Positions 1-12,009 of a stretch of DNA of 64,000 nucleotides are shown here, piece by piece (within the stretch, counting starts at the first letter, position 1; each line of letters starts with the position of its first letter). Position numbers and translations under genes: made by a program. The notes below the pieces were generated by a model. The model was given only the letters and a program-made list of their open reading frames with translations, was not told the origin of the DNA and did no database searches. This DNA is from Hormiphora californensis (lineage: Eukaryota > Animalia > Ctenophora), in NCBI GenBank assembly GCA_020137815.1, contig CM035362.1:1736001-1800000 (forward strand), read 5' to 3'.

Positions 1-1
1 A

Positions 2-110
2 CAGGAACCGACCGACACAAGTAAACAACCAATCCGAACTCGTTATTTAGGTCACGTGACTGGATATCAGCCAATCAGGGACCATTATTTCCTGATTCGG
101 TCGGTTCCTG
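2..110. mobile_element. 109-bp MITE
   Basis: 14-bp TIRs CAGGAACCGACCGA (2-15) / TCGGTCGGTTCCTG (97-110); no coding capacity; probably intronic in the lectin gene. Confidence 0.85.
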
Positions 111-147
111 ATAGATAATATATCAGCTGAAATACTCCAAGGATCAC

Positions 148-3100
148 CTGTTGTGAAGTGAGCTTTAGGAACGGCTTGGTTTGAGAGTGAGTAACCTTGT
201 TTGGTACACACATCCCTTGCTGAACTGTGGGACAACAAGTGGGTCCGGTTCCTGGAAGGATCAGAAATATTAATACACTGGGAGGGAGGAGCATGTTGTC
301 AAATGACACTCCTTTTTATATAACTGGTGGCGCCATTGCAATAAGATCGGGTCGGCGGGGGCGCCAGATGCAGCCTTTTGTGAGAAACCGCTTAGCAAAT
401 GTAAACTCACGTTGTTTTGTAACAAAACCCATCAACCAGAATATCACTGTTATCTTCACAGACATCCCCTTCACCTGTCATGAATGTGGAAATTAATAAA
501 TTAATAAAATGTTGTTGGTCTTAGCCGTGCGGCTTCCAAACACACAATACCTTTCTGAGAATCATTGTCCACTACTTCCTTCTTAGCGCCAGTAACACAG
601 CTAAATGGCAGCACTTCCCCTTCACTTCTTATTACCAACTCCCCAGTTCCAGTTGTGTATAACATTGATTTAGGACTCCATACCATTTCATGTTTCTTCA
701 GCACCAGGTTAGGTTTTATGTATAGTTCGGTCCAGAAACCTTGTCTGATAAGAAGGGTAGAGAATCTCTTGGGTCAATTAAATGGGTAACTTAAATGCTG
801 AGGATTATGTTGAGTGCACTTATCGATATATGTTATTAGGTTAATGCAGGTGATCGCCATTAAGTTATCGATAAGAAATCGCCATTAACTTATCGTTATA
901 GCTGCCAAAACAAGATATAATATTCTTCAATGGCACGAGGTTCTTTTCAAGCATATCACATATCTATGCATAACACCCGATCTAAGTGCAGTGTGCACTA
1001 GATTATTATGGCACATACTGACGATCAGGTAAATATTGACACTGACCCATTTTGGAGATGTGCGAGAGGAATTAGACTGGGGGCTGATCCACTGGGACAG
1101 ACACCAGAGACTGGGATTAAAGGCCCACCTTGATAACTCTGTTGCGATGGCTTCACACAGTATTTCTCTTTCCCGTTTATCGAAGAAGATTCTTGCCAAC
1201 CTTTATCACATGGCGTTGTGGTGTCTGAAATGAAACAAGGAGAGAGAAATGAAATTGCAAGGAGATCCGATATGGGGTTACGTTTTTAGCTTCATTGTCC
1301 GAGCTTGTTATGTTCTAACGCGCGAAAAAGTCTAACTTGGCAAGTCCGAGCTTCCATCAAAATATGGATTGAAAATTACCGAAAAATATCTAATTATGGC
1401 TGCCTCAAGATGAAGTATTATTAACCTTTAGTTTTAGTACACAAAAGTGGTAGTTTAGTTTTGCAGTTCTCCGTGTGGTACGAGCTATCAAACTTTAGGC
1501 ACAATGTACCGAAACTTAGTCCTCTTGTAACCCACGCTGAAAATGTCACAATATGTTAGTCCTTTAACCCTTTGAGGGCGATAGGTCATATATGACACGG
1601 TCCATTCTAGACCGTCTGGAAGGCGCTACATGATGTCTAGGTGGCTAATTTTTTGTCACAAGCTAGTTTTAGGGATTTTGAACCCAAAACCACCTCCAAA
1701 TCTGCTCGGAAAATCGAAGAAATTTTTTTATGGCCCTTCTCGGGAGGCTAATTTAGGCCTTTTTTTAAAAACCCCTCTCAAATTTTTGTTTTTGAGGGGC
1801 ACAAATAATCCTTTGAAGGGATAAAACTACTTGGCATAACAAATCGAATGCAAAAAACCGCATCAAAAAATATTGAAAATTGAATGAGTTATTAACGTTT
1901 TAGTCGTTGTATCATATATGACTCTATCGTCCGTAAGGGAATTCTAGTAACAAAAGTCATTTGTGCAAAAGTATGGGTCCAATAGTCAAATTTTATGCTT
2001 TGAGGCAGTCTATAGCTATAATTTCTACAATCTTGAACAGTTTTTACTAGAAAAATACACCAAATTCTACATTTTGTATCATATATGACTCTATCGTCCC
2101 AATTGGTAAATTCTCCAAAAACATCCATAACTCGGGCTAGAAAAGGAGCTAAGAGTCAAATCAGGGCACTAAACTGTGTAGAATCATCGCATTAGTGGGG
2201 GTAGAGCACATATTTAGGTCGCTATCTTGCCCCCTAATTGAGATAATTGGATAATTAGCCAATTATCTGTCCTGCGCATCATACTATTATTAAAGCAAAT
2301 AGGGAAATCCCATGTCCCGTTTTTTTAACCAAATATGGCACAAAATTCCTGGAAATGGCCTTTTGCACGTGTTGTCCCTAGAGGGACCCTGGCAACCTGC
2401 CAGCTTGAGCCTTAAACTGCACGTGCATCCTTGATTCATCTTTCTGCCGGTTGTGTGATTGATCGTTTGCTCGATTTGATCTGTTCACCACGTTTCGTGA
2501 ACATGACTACTGAACTTCAACACAATCGCCAGCGAGTTTGGAGGAGCCATATCTCCCAAACTGGCGCTGACGCCTATAGACTACGTGATAGAATCCTACA
2601 AAAGAGGTGATTATTATTCAAAAAAAGTTGTCAACACACGTAATAACAAAGTATCAATGGCATTAATAAGAAATGATAGTAATACGTGAAAGTATTTTGC
2701 CAATGTACTCCTTCATAAAATACTTCAGGACCTGGCAAAAGAGGACCCGTGGTTTTTTGTTGAAAGAATCCCTGTGGTTAATTTACCTGATAAATTTACT
2801 GATTTTAAAAATTTCAAATGATACTACACTATTTGCTTAGTTTACTGTATGACCATCCCTGATATTCGCCCGTAGGGCGAGCGGGCTTACTAGTGCTAAT
2901 AAATGAAACTTTGCTTTGGGAAGGAGTTATGAGGCAAATGGGGGCACTAAAATGTGTAGAATCATCACATTAGTGGGGTTAGAGCACACATTTAGGTCTC
3001 TATCTGGACCCCTAATTGAGATAATCGGATAATTAGCTAATTAGTTGCCCTCCAGCGCTAAAAAATTAAATTTGGCGGAGTATACAAGACAAATGGGGGC

Positions 3101-6100
3101 ACTAAAATGTGTAAAATCGTCGCCTTAGTAGAGGCAGAGCACATAGCTGAGTTTCTATTCCCGCTCCTAATTGAGATAATTGGATAATTAGCTAATTGAC
3201 GGTTGCATAATGCCCCCTTTTCACCATATACCGTGGTTTCTGGCTAATCCTGAGCTCTTTTGTTCAATCTAAGGATCTTTTGGCATCCCTTTACCCCATT
3301 TTTATCACCTTTGACTCGTTTTACACACTAATATAGCACTCTATACAACCCTAGACACCGCCTTCAGCTCTTCAGAACCCTCTTGCTTAATCCTAGACCT
3401 CTCATAATTTCGAGATCCATACACCTTCCTAACCGATTTTTTTTGGGATATCCTATTGCTCCTACAAGACGTTCAACCCCTAATGTACTACAGTTTCCCA
3501 TTTTATTATTGGACACACAGTTTAGATTCCCCCTACATTATTTCTCGTCATCACTCTCACAATCTCATTTGCTACTAAGGAAACTTCTCATGAACTCCAT
3601 CGGAAATAAAGAAGATCTGTAGAAGGCGTTTAGTATGGTGTATGAGAGGTCTAGCTAGGAGTAGGATGAAGCAAGGGGGTTGTACAGAGCTGAAGTCGGC
3701 GTCTAGGGTTGTATAGAGTGCTATATTATTGTGTAAAACGAGTCAAAGGTGATACAAATGGGGTAAAGGGATGCCAAAAGATCCTTAGATTGAACAAAAG
3801 AGCTCAGGATTAGCCAGAAACCACGGTATATGGTGAAAAGGGGGCATTATGCAACCGTCAATTAGCTAATTATCCAATTATCTCAATTAGGAGCGGGAAT
3901 AGAAACTCAGCTATGTGCTCTGCCTCTACTAAGGCGACGATTTTACACATTTTAGTGCCCCCATTTGTCTTGTATACTCCGCCAAATTTAATTTTTTAGC
4001 GCTGGAGGGCAACTAATTAGCTAATTATCCAATTATCTCAATTAGGGGTCCAGATAGAGACCTAAATGTGTGCTCTAACCCCACTAATGTGATGATTCTA
4101 CACATTTTAGTGCCCCCATTTGCCTCATAACTCCTTCCCAAAGCAAAGTTTCATTTATTAGCATGCGCGGGACAGATAATTGGCTAATTATCCAATTATC
4201 TCAATTAGGGGGCAAGATAGCGACCTAAATATGTGCTCTACCCCCACTAATGCGATGATTCTACACAGTTTAGTGCCCTGATTTTGTGATAGGTGTGAAC
4301 TGATAGTTTGTTTGTGTGTGTAACGTGTGTGTGCGATGTGTGCCATGAGTGTGGCACAGTTTTCCTGAGTGTTTGTATGGAACGCGCGAGAGTTCCAAAT
4401 GTGTTGTGAGATATCGCGAGCGCGGAATCACGCCATATTCCGCCGCGCGAGAGATGTTTTACCTCAGATGTTTTGTGAGAATGCAAGAAAGTTTGTCAGA
4501 TTCTTCCTAACAATCTATACCTTCGTTTACCTTGAAACCTTCTTCTCACTTTGTAAGATCCTGTGTTTATCTTTGTCTACGGAAATACATCGGTACGGTC
4601 ACCCAACGCCCCTGGCCCCCTGTAACCCCCCGAACACCCCGAAACAGTGGTAGCAGCAAGTGCAATTCGATGCCGTCAGACATATATCCTCCCACTTTCA
4701 ACGCCGAGTTACCATTCGATGTCTACCGAAGGGACGTGCTTCTCTGGATCGCTGGAACAACATGTCCACCAAAGAGCCAGGCAGCCCGCCTCGCCTATGT
4801 CCTAACTGGTGCCGCGAAGGAACATGCCCTAGGCCTGGATATCTCGAAACTGCAAACAGATGATGGCGTGGCCTATCTGTTAAAAGATCTCGAAGGTGTT
4901 TTCGGTAGGGATAAGACTGTAAGCTTGTTCACCGCCATAGAACGGTTCGAACAATTTGTGAGACCTTCCGATATGGCCATTCCTGAGTTCATTTCGGAGT
5001 TCTCAACACGGCTCAATGAGTTGAAGCAGAGGTGTGAAGTGGAGACTCAAGATGCTATCTACGGATCTCAGATCCTTGCCTATAGACTCCTTGAACAAGC
5101 AAATCTGACCCCGGAGCAAAAACGCCTTCTACGAGCAACTTGTCCTAATATTCGTTTAGAGGACATGATTCAATCGATGAAAAGGACTTTTGGTGCCAAC
5201 CTTCCCGAGTCAAATGGTGCAGTTTCTAACTCTGAGAAAACTGAAACAGAATCATTAACTCTGATTGTATGTTTTAACTGTAGAAAACCCGGACATGTGG
5301 CCTCCAACTGTCTAAAGAAGAATAGCGCCAGGAAGGAGTCGAAATATGGTGGCAGTGGTGGTAGTCGTGGTAATCGTGGTGGCCGTGGTGGCGGCAGGCA
5401 GCACGGAGTTTTCAAGATGGTTGTCGGTACAGAGTATATTCTTTCACTAACTGAACAATGTGGCCTAAGAGCGATTTTAGACACTGGCGCAGCTATCTCA
5501 GTGTGTGGTGCAAATTGGTTACGTAAATTTGAGAGTGAATCTTGTATACGTTGTAAGAGAGAGACTGTCAGTGAGAGACATTTTACTTTTGGTGATTCCA
5601 AATCTGTAACGTCTAAATCGATTGCGTATATCCCCACAGATATATTTGGTTTGTCATGTGATGAAGTACCCGTGTTTGTCCTAGACCTTAACATCCCACC
5701 TCTTTTATCCAGAGCTTTACTTAGCGAGAGAGGAGCGGTGATTGATTTTGGGAACGACGTGCTACGGGTCTCGGGTAAACAAACACAGTTACATCTCACT
5801 GATAGTGGTCACGTCACAATTGATTTAAACTCCAAACTTTCTCCAACTACTCTTTTAACATCTTCGGATTCAGGTACCACATCACCCAGAAAGATTGCCC
5901 AGAAACTCCATCGTTACTTTGCCCATGGCTCGACTGCGAAAATCCAGGAGGTAGCTAAATCTTCCAATCACCCCAACAAGGAGGAGATCTGTCGAGAACT
6001 TCACCAAGTTGCACTTGAATGCCAACAATGCATGGAGCATCAACGATCCAAACCTAGGAGGAAAGTTGCATTACCTCTCGGGAACACTTTCAATGAGTGT

Positions 6101-9100
6101 GTTGCAATGGATTTAAAGATGTTGAAATTCAGCTCGGGTGAATCAAAATGGACTATTCATATCATTGATACACTAACCAGGTACAGTGTTATGGTCCCAA
6201 TTGAGAACAAATCAGCAGAAGAATGTGTTCAGAAATTCTTCACATGTTGGATTTCTATCTTTGGTCGCCCCAAGAGGATCCTATCGGACAACGGAGGAGA
6301 ATTCACCAACGAAGTTATCCTAGAGATGGCAAGCCGCCTAGATATTGAGTTGAAAGCTACCCCAGCTGAGAGCCCATGGTGCAATGGTCTCACTGAGAGA
6401 CACAACGGAATTCTTGGAGACATGGTTGTCAAAACTCGTGATGACACTGGATGCACTATACCAGTGGCTTGTGCTTGGTCTAGCAATGCTAAGAACCAGC
6501 TAAGCAATCAGATGGGATTTTCACCACATCAACTAGTTTTTGGCACAGCTCCTACCTTTCCACACGTATTGGACTCAGAAGAATGCCTACCTGCTCACGG
6601 AGGAAATGCTCACGGAGATGAATTAGTAGTGAAGAATCTACAAGCCATGAAGACAGCCCGATTAAAGTTTATCGAATTGGAAAATTCTTCCAGACTGAAA
6701 CGAGCACTAAATAGTGCCGGACCAACACAGGATCAACATACCTATGTCCAGGGAGATAAGGTATTCTACAAGCGTGAAGCTCACAAAACCTGGTTGGGAC
6801 CCGCTACAGTTGTTGGAATGATCGATAACAATGTTTTAATCAAGCACGGTGGAGCACTACTACGTGCACATCCTTGTAAAGTGAGGCCAGTCCATGAGCG
6901 AAAAGACCAGAACCAGAGGACAGTCCCCAATTCGCGATTAGCACTGGGAGACTCAAGTGAGGAAGATGAACCCGAGGATAGGCCAACCGAGCCCAAGGTA
7001 GTACAGAAGAAGAAGCCCAAGAAGAAGAAACCCAAAGTGACACCCCCAGCAAGAGATTTCGGATTGAGGAGTAAAACTCATAGAGACACCCCCGCAGCAA
7101 CAAATCCTGTATCAGATTCCGAAAGTGAACACACAGTGATTGAAGTTACTAAAAATGGTAACGCGGTAGAGGAAGAATCCCAAAGTGGATCTGTCCAAGA
7201 GAACAATGTTCCAGATAGTGAACAGCTCCAGAATCTTGATGATCATGTTGAGCAGAAGCAGGTACTTTTACCTGAGACTACAGATCCCAGAGAGGACAGT
7301 CCCAGAAAACCCCCAGATGATCAAGAACCCTTCAGTCCCGAACATGATGAAATTCTCCTAGCAGCATCAACGATGGGAAAAGAGGAAGTGCAATTAGCAC
7401 GAAGGAAAGAGATCGATAAACTGGAGGAGTTTAAAGCATTTGAAGAAGTGCCTGACACAGGACAGGACCGGGTAAGCACCCGATGGGTTATAACCCGAAA
7501 GGATGATGGGACAGTCAAGGCCCGTCTAGTTGCCCGTGGATTCGAGGAAAAGTTAGAGGACCAAACCCAATCCCCAACTGTAACAAAGTATGCAGTGAGA
7601 ACTCTACTCAGTCTGTCTACTACAACCAACTGGAACCTGAAGAGTGTTGATGTAGCAAGCGCTTATTTGCAATCAGACACTATGTCAAGAGAGGTGTATG
7701 TTAAACCACCTAATTCCATGAGGAAACAAGGAGTGTTGTGGAAACTTCTGAAACCCCTGTATGGACTAGGAGACGCTGGTAGAAAATGGTATTTTTCTCT
7801 CTCTGCAACTCTGAAGAAGACTCTCCGTCAATCTAAAATTGACAAAAACGTATTCTTCACCATCGGAGATGATGGAAAGCTAGAAGGATTACTAGTTGTC
7901 CATGTTGATGACATTCTGATGACAGGTGACCACAATTTCTTCGCTAAAGTGGAACCCGCCCTGAACAGTTACAAGATAGGACGAGTGGAGATAACCGATT
8001 TCAACTACCTTGGCTGGCAAGTCAAACAGCAAGGAAACAACATATTCGTCACACAGGAGCAGTACTGTAACTATGTCAGAGACAGTATGATAGAAAAGTT
8101 GAATTCTGTCAAACCTGTGCCCCAGAATAGTGAAGAAGTTGACGATAACCTCCAATCTCTCATGAGGACTGTGATTGGAAAGTTGAATTGGCTGGCAACA
8201 CAGACTATGCCACAGATCTGTTTTAGCCTTCTTGACATTACTACGACATCACCGTGGACTGGGAAACAATTCAAAGAGCTGAAGAAGATTGTCAAGAATT
8301 TATCCCCAACAAAGATTACTTTTTCCCCTATTTTTCACACTAACGCTAATATTTCAGTTTTTACAGACGCTAGTCTTGGAAATCTCCATGACAAGAAAAC
8401 CGGGGAAGGTGTCATTCTTTTCTGGGGAGACCCTCAAACTGAAACAGGAGACAACTCTCACGCTAACCTGATAGCCTACAGTTCCAACAAGGTTAAACGT
8501 GTTGTGAAAAGTGTCTACGCAGCAGAACTCTATGCAGTGAGTGATGGTTTGGGATATGCAATCCTGATCCAATCCTTCTTGAGAGAACTCACTTTTGACC
8601 CGGGAATCAAGATTTTCACTGACTCCAAACAAGTTGTTGACTCTGCAAACAAGGTGTCTTCAACCCCTGAAGATAAATCAACAATTCTCACGTTACGAGA
8701 AGTTCAAGAGAGAATCGAGAGAGGGGAAGTCACAGTCTCTTGGATTCAATCAAAGTTGAACCCCGCTGACATCCTGACAAAGAGAGGAGTGAACCCGGAC
8801 GTTATCAACGGAATGCTGTAACCGTTTACTTTATCCCTACTTTTGTATTTTATCTCACCTTATTTTAACCCAGTTTTTACTTCTTAACCCGTTTTCTTAC
8901 TACTCACCCAGTGTGTATATTTAACTCACCTGATGCTTTGTCACGAGTTTATTAGCCGACTGGCATTTTTCTTTTCCCTGCCATTTTATTTTTTTCACAT
9001 CCAGCCACTCATGACAGTGTTCATTTTTAGCCCTGACCTGTAGTTTGCCGGACCTGAATCTCCTGCTTGCTCATCTCTCGATTCGGAAAAGGAAAGAGAG

Positions 9101-10845
9101 GGGAGTGTGATAGGTGTGAACTGATAGTTTGTTTGTGTGTGTAACGTGTGTGTGCGATGTGTGCCATGAGTGTGGCACAGTTTTCCTGAGTGTTTGTATG
9201 GAACGCGCGAGAGTTCCAAATGTGTTGTGAGATATCGCGAGCGCGGAATCACGCCATATTCCGCCGCGCGAGAGATGTTTTACCTCAGATGTTTTGTGAG
9301 AATGCAAGAAAGTTTGTCAGATTCTTCCTAACAATCTATACCTTCGTTTACCTTGAAACCTTCTTCTCACTTTGTAAGATCCTGTGTTTATCTTTGTCTA
9401 CGGAAATACATCGGTACGGTCACCCAACGCCCCTGGCCCCCTGTAACCCCCCGAACACCCCGAAACAGATTTGACTCTTAGCTCCTTTTCTAGCCCGAGT
9501 TATGGATGTTTTTGGAGAATTTACCAATTGGGACGATAGAGTCATATATGATACAAAATGTAGAATTTGGGGTATTTTTCTAGTTAAAACCGTTCAAGAT
9601 TGTAGAAATTATAGCTATAGACTGCCTCAAAGCATAAAATTTGACTATTAGACCCATACTTTTGCACAAATGACATTTGTTACTAGAATTCCCTTACGGA
9701 CGATAGAGTCATATATGACACAGTGGGCCCAGCAAAAACTACATGTCGAAACTTCAAATTTCTTTTTCGAGGTAGTTTGTGGTAATAATATCTACTTATA
9801 AACGAAAAATTAGAAAAATCTATCGAGCCAATCCTTCTCGTCCTTAAAGGGTTAAATACTCGATTTGTGTTATCATTTTATTTAGTACACGGAGGGAAAT
9901 CATACGACTCTTACAGCTGCAGTAGTAAGCAAATTTTGAATGATTTGGTTGTCACTTACTGGAGTGTCGTATGATTTTCCTGATCAATGGTATCATTCAG
10001 ATAATATTTGCATTCAGACCAACTCACAGCTTTCCATGTTTCCCGGTAGAGTCATGTTCCTATTTTCACAAAACTCCATCGCATCACTACCGGTCACTCC
10101 CCTGAATTGAAGAGAGAACATGTGTGTATTTCGTACTGGCCGTGTTTCAATAATTGACGGGGTCACATTTCAAATAAATCGATAATAGCCCCATCTTGCT
10201 GACGTACCAAGCGGGAGAAATGTTGAAAATACACTTGTCTCCATCAAGTACATTCCCTCGTGGACAGTAATACTCCACTGTTCGGTCTGTATAGCAGTAG
10301 AATTTTGTTAAATCTAACAGATCCGACTCGTTTATTGAGAAATATGTTTATGTTCCATTTCTAAACCCTCATTTAGAGATGATCGAGCTAGGCAAGGAAA
10401 TGTCAGATAAGAGGGGATTCGATCTACAAGATATGAGACACTCATTAACCACTTCCCCGGCCCCTGTATCGTGATCCTCTTTATCTGTTTATGTATTTCC
10501 CTTTAAATATCGAGAGATATCAAGGATACCCCCCCCCCCATCTATCCCTGTGCAAGAATGCCAGACACCAAACTAGTTGCACAATTTGATATGCCACATA
10601 ATTCAAGAAGATCCCGATCTCCCCATTTCTGTGCAAGAATCCCAGACACCATACTAGGTAACCAAAAAACATATTATAACCCGCTCCGTGCATCCGTCTG
10701 GAGGCACCAACCCCTATTTTGGTGCTCAAAACGGTTGCGGCAGTGCGTGACAGTTCGCTTATATATCAGGACCGGGAACCGTTCAGTAATTACCTGATTT
10801 TGCTAGCTGTAACAAACAAACTACAATTACTGTCCATGAAAACAT
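148..10845 (-). CDS. Secreted or cell-surface protein with at least 3 divergent C-type lectin-like domains (3' end outside window)
   Basis: Phase-consistent GT-AG exons 10845-10794 (signal peptide MFSWTVIVVCLLQLAKS), 10423-10367, 10286-10208, 10101-10028, 1536-1426, 1224-1047, 744-~551, 474-411, 251-148. CTLD1 YCPRGNVLDGDKC..DAMEFCENRNMTL..SW..C..C.TKLPLLCTK; CTLD2 CDKGW..YC..GFWT; CTLD3 CEDNSDILVDGFCY..SARDVCTKQGYSL. The donors at ~551 and 148 are uncertain. Confidence 0.8.
2279..2893 (+). mobile_element. Non-autonomous Helitron (615 bp)
   Basis: 5' TC, 3' CTAG, subterminal hairpin TCGCCC-GTA-GGGCGA (2866-2880), inserted between A2278 and T2894 with no TSD; the opposite arm shows the empty site (..CGCA^TGCTAATAAATG). 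Confidence 0.9.
4285..4646 (+). repeat. 5' LTR
   Basis: TGTGATAGG...CCGAAACA; no difference from 9106-9467 found by eye. Confidence 0.97.
4648..4656 (+). promoter_or_regulatory. Primer-binding site (initiator tRNA-Met)
   Basis: TGGTAGCAG one base after the 5' LTR, complementary to the tRNA-iMet 3' end. Confidence 0.8.
4670..8821 (+). CDS. Copia Gag-Pol polyprotein (~1383 aa from first ATG after the PBS)
   Basis: Zn knuckle CFNCRKPGHVASNC; protease AILDTGA; integrase H-H-C-C, VAMD, SDNGGEF, ERHN; RT KARLVARGF, DVASAYL, HVDD; RNase H FTDAS, AELYA, FTDS, PADILTK; no stops or frameshifts. Confidence 0.97.
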   Translation: MPSDIYPPTFNAELPFDVYRRDVLLWIAGTTCPPKSQAARLAYVLTGAAKEHALGLDISKLQTDDGVAYLLKDLEGVFGRDKTVSLFTAIERFEQFVRPSDMAIPEFISEFSTRLNELKQRCEVETQDAIYGSQILAYRLLEQANLTPEQKRLLRATCPNIRLEDMIQSMKRTFGANLPESNGAVSNSEKTETESLTLIVCFNCRKPGHVASNCLKKNSARKESKYGGSGGSRGNRGGRGGGRQHGVFKMVVGTEYILSLTEQCGLRAILDTGAAISVCGANWLRKFESESCIRCKRETVSERHFTFGDSKSVTSKSIAYIPTDIFGLSCDEVPVFVLDLNIPPLLSRALLSERGAVIDFGNDVLRVSGKQTQLHLTDSGHVTIDLNSKLSPTTLLTSSDSGTTSPRKIAQKLHRYFAHGSTAKIQEVAKSSNHPNKEEICRELHQVALECQQCMEHQRSKPRRKVALPLGNTFNECVAMDLKMLKFSSGESKWTIHIIDTLTRYSVMVPIENKSAEECVQKFFTCWISIFGRPKRILSDNGGEFTNEVILEMASRLDIELKATPAESPWCNGLTERHNGILGDMVVKTRDDTGCTIPVACAWSSNAKNQLSNQMGFSPHQLVFGTAPTFPHVLDSEECLPAHGGNAHGDELVVKNLQAMKTARLKFIELENSSRLKRALNSAGPTQDQHTYVQGDKVFYKREAHKTWLGPATVVGMIDNNVLIKHGGALLRAHPCKVRPVHERKDQNQRTVPNSRLALGDSSEEDEPEDRPTEPKVVQKKKPKKKKPKVTPPARDFGLRSKTHRDTPAATNPVSDSESEHTVIEVTKNGNAVEEESQSGSVQENNVPDSEQLQNLDDHVEQKQVLLPETTDPREDSPRKPPDDQEPFSPEHDEILLAASTMGKEEVQLARRKEIDKLEEFKAFEEVPDTGQDRVSTRWVITRKDDGTVKARLVARGFEEKLEDQTQSPTVTKYAVRTLLSLSTTTNWNLKSVDVASAYLQSDTMSREVYVKPPNSMRKQGVLWKLLKPLYGLGDAGRKWYFSLSATLKKTLRQSKIDKNVFFTIGDDGKLEGLLVVHVDDILMTGDHNFFAKVEPALNSYKIGRVEITDFNYLGWQVKQQGNNIFVTQEQYCNYVRDSMIEKLNSVKPVPQNSEEVDDNLQSLMRTVIGKLNWLATQTMPQICFSLLDITTTSPWTGKQFKELKKIVKNLSPTKITFSPIFHTNANISVFTDASLGNLHDKKTGEGVILFWGDPQTETGDNSHANLIAYSSNKVKRVVKSVYAAELYAVSDGLGYAILIQSFLRELTFDPGIKIFTDSKQVVDSANKVSSTPEDKSTILTLREVQERIERGEVTVSWIQSKLNPADILTKRGVNPDVINGML
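9085..9105 (+). promoter_or_regulatory. Polypurine tract
   Basis: GGAAAAGGAAAGAGAGGGGAG directly before the 3' LTR. Confidence 0.9.
9106..9467 (+). repeat. 3' LTR
   Basis: 362-bp direct repeat of 4285-4646. Confidence 0.97.
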
Positions 10846-11699
10846 ATTCACTAGCTCCAAACAACTCAAGAGAGACTGATAGAATTACCAACCTGAAGGG
10901 TACCAACCGCAGGCACCCGGATATCATGTTACATAACCGAGATAAATCTCATTCTAGAAATCAGCCCACGAGTTCATCCATGATATACTGCAGGAACCTA
11001 TTTTTCCTCTCTTTCTATCTCTGATCTCTCTCTAACTTTTTAGCCCCTTTCTACCCCCTTTCTAGTTTTCTCTGATTGGTATTTAGTGAGGTTATAGTTT
11101 CAACAGCTTCTGAACAACTTCGACCGTTCTCCTCTGTCCTCTTTTGGTCTGTTTTCTAAAAAACTCATCCATGATCTGTCTGGCGCCGCTGACCCCATCT
11201 GAGCACACTGTCGAATCAAATTGGGGTATGGGCGCCACCATACAGTCCATGATAGTCCATACACAGTTCTATTAGGATACAGTCTGGGCGTGGTACAGTA
11301 CAAAGAGAGAGAGTTGAACTAATCGAGCAAGGACCATGGTAGTACGGAGTGTAAATTACAAAAGCTAATTAAAGTCTTTAATTAGTTTTTGAAAACTATT
11401 TAGTGACCTCTGTGGAGAGCACTGTCAAATTATTGCTAGATTTTGAGTTTGGTAATTCTCATTGCGTCTTTTGTCTGTGACTCTGTGTCCTGTGATCTAG
11501 ATTTCTAGGGTCCTCTTACCACGTTCCTCTAGTTAAAAAAATTATGTGTTGCGTCCAAAATACAGTTGTATTATTTCGTTGTAAAAAATATTATAAATGT
11601 TATAGAAAAACGTGACTACAATATTCCTTTTCCTTTTTACAGAGAGGAAACCTCCTTTACTTTCTTTCTCCCTCTTGTCCATCTCGGTATCTTATGTCA

Positions 11700-11783
<84 letters not shown>

Positions 11784-12009
11784 GATAACTGATAAGTACC
11801 TACGTAACCGCGCTATATCACTTCCTGAACACTGCATGGGTTAGCACTCTATTGGAGGGTACATTACACACCTGTTAACTGTTTTCACCTACCTACATAC
11901 AGCCTGTTATAATACTCCTTTGCACCTTTCGTCATTGCCTAGTTTTAATACCTGGTTCGCTTGTGCGCCCACACAAGAGCCGCTTGACACTGTGAGTGTG
12001 TGTATCACG

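Larger units (their letters stand above)
4285..9467 (+). mobile_element. Full-length Ty1/Copia LTR retrotransposon, GalEa-like (5183 bp)
   Basis: TG..CA LTRs of 362 bp, 5-bp TSD GATTT (4280-4284, 9468-9472), PBS, PPT, one intact gag-pol ORF in PR-IN-RT-RH order. Confidence 0.97.
1908..9722. repeat. Long inverted repeat, arms ~880 bp (left 1908-2278 + 2894-3405; right 3640-4284 + 9473-9722), spacer ~3406-3639
   Basis: Direct reverse-complement comparison, e.g. 2161-2270 vs 4171-4281 and 2895-3355 vs 3700-4163; each arm also has three internal subrepeats ending CTAATTGAGATAAT(T/C)GGATAATTAGC. Confidence 0.9.
1568..9851. mobile_element. Non-autonomous piggyBac-like DNA transposon (~2.5 kb without nested insertions) with long internal inverted repeat
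   Basis: TTAA TSD at 1564-1567 and 9852-9855; TIRs CCCTTTGAGGGCG / CGTCCTTAAAGGG (11/13 match); repeated subterminal motif CGATAG(A)GTCATATATGA at ~1579, ~1912, ~2079, ~9534, ~9701. Confidence 0.85.

Noticed and set aside
2-147. MITE appears to abut the lectin reading frame, suggesting exonic insertion or an introner
   Set aside because: A GT donor at 147 falls at about the same domain position as the introns in CTLD1 and CTLD2, so the MITE is most simply intronic
4532-4669. N-terminal extension of Gag-Pol in the ORF track
   Set aside because: Starts at TTG inside the LTR; the first ATG after the PBS (4670) is the plausible start
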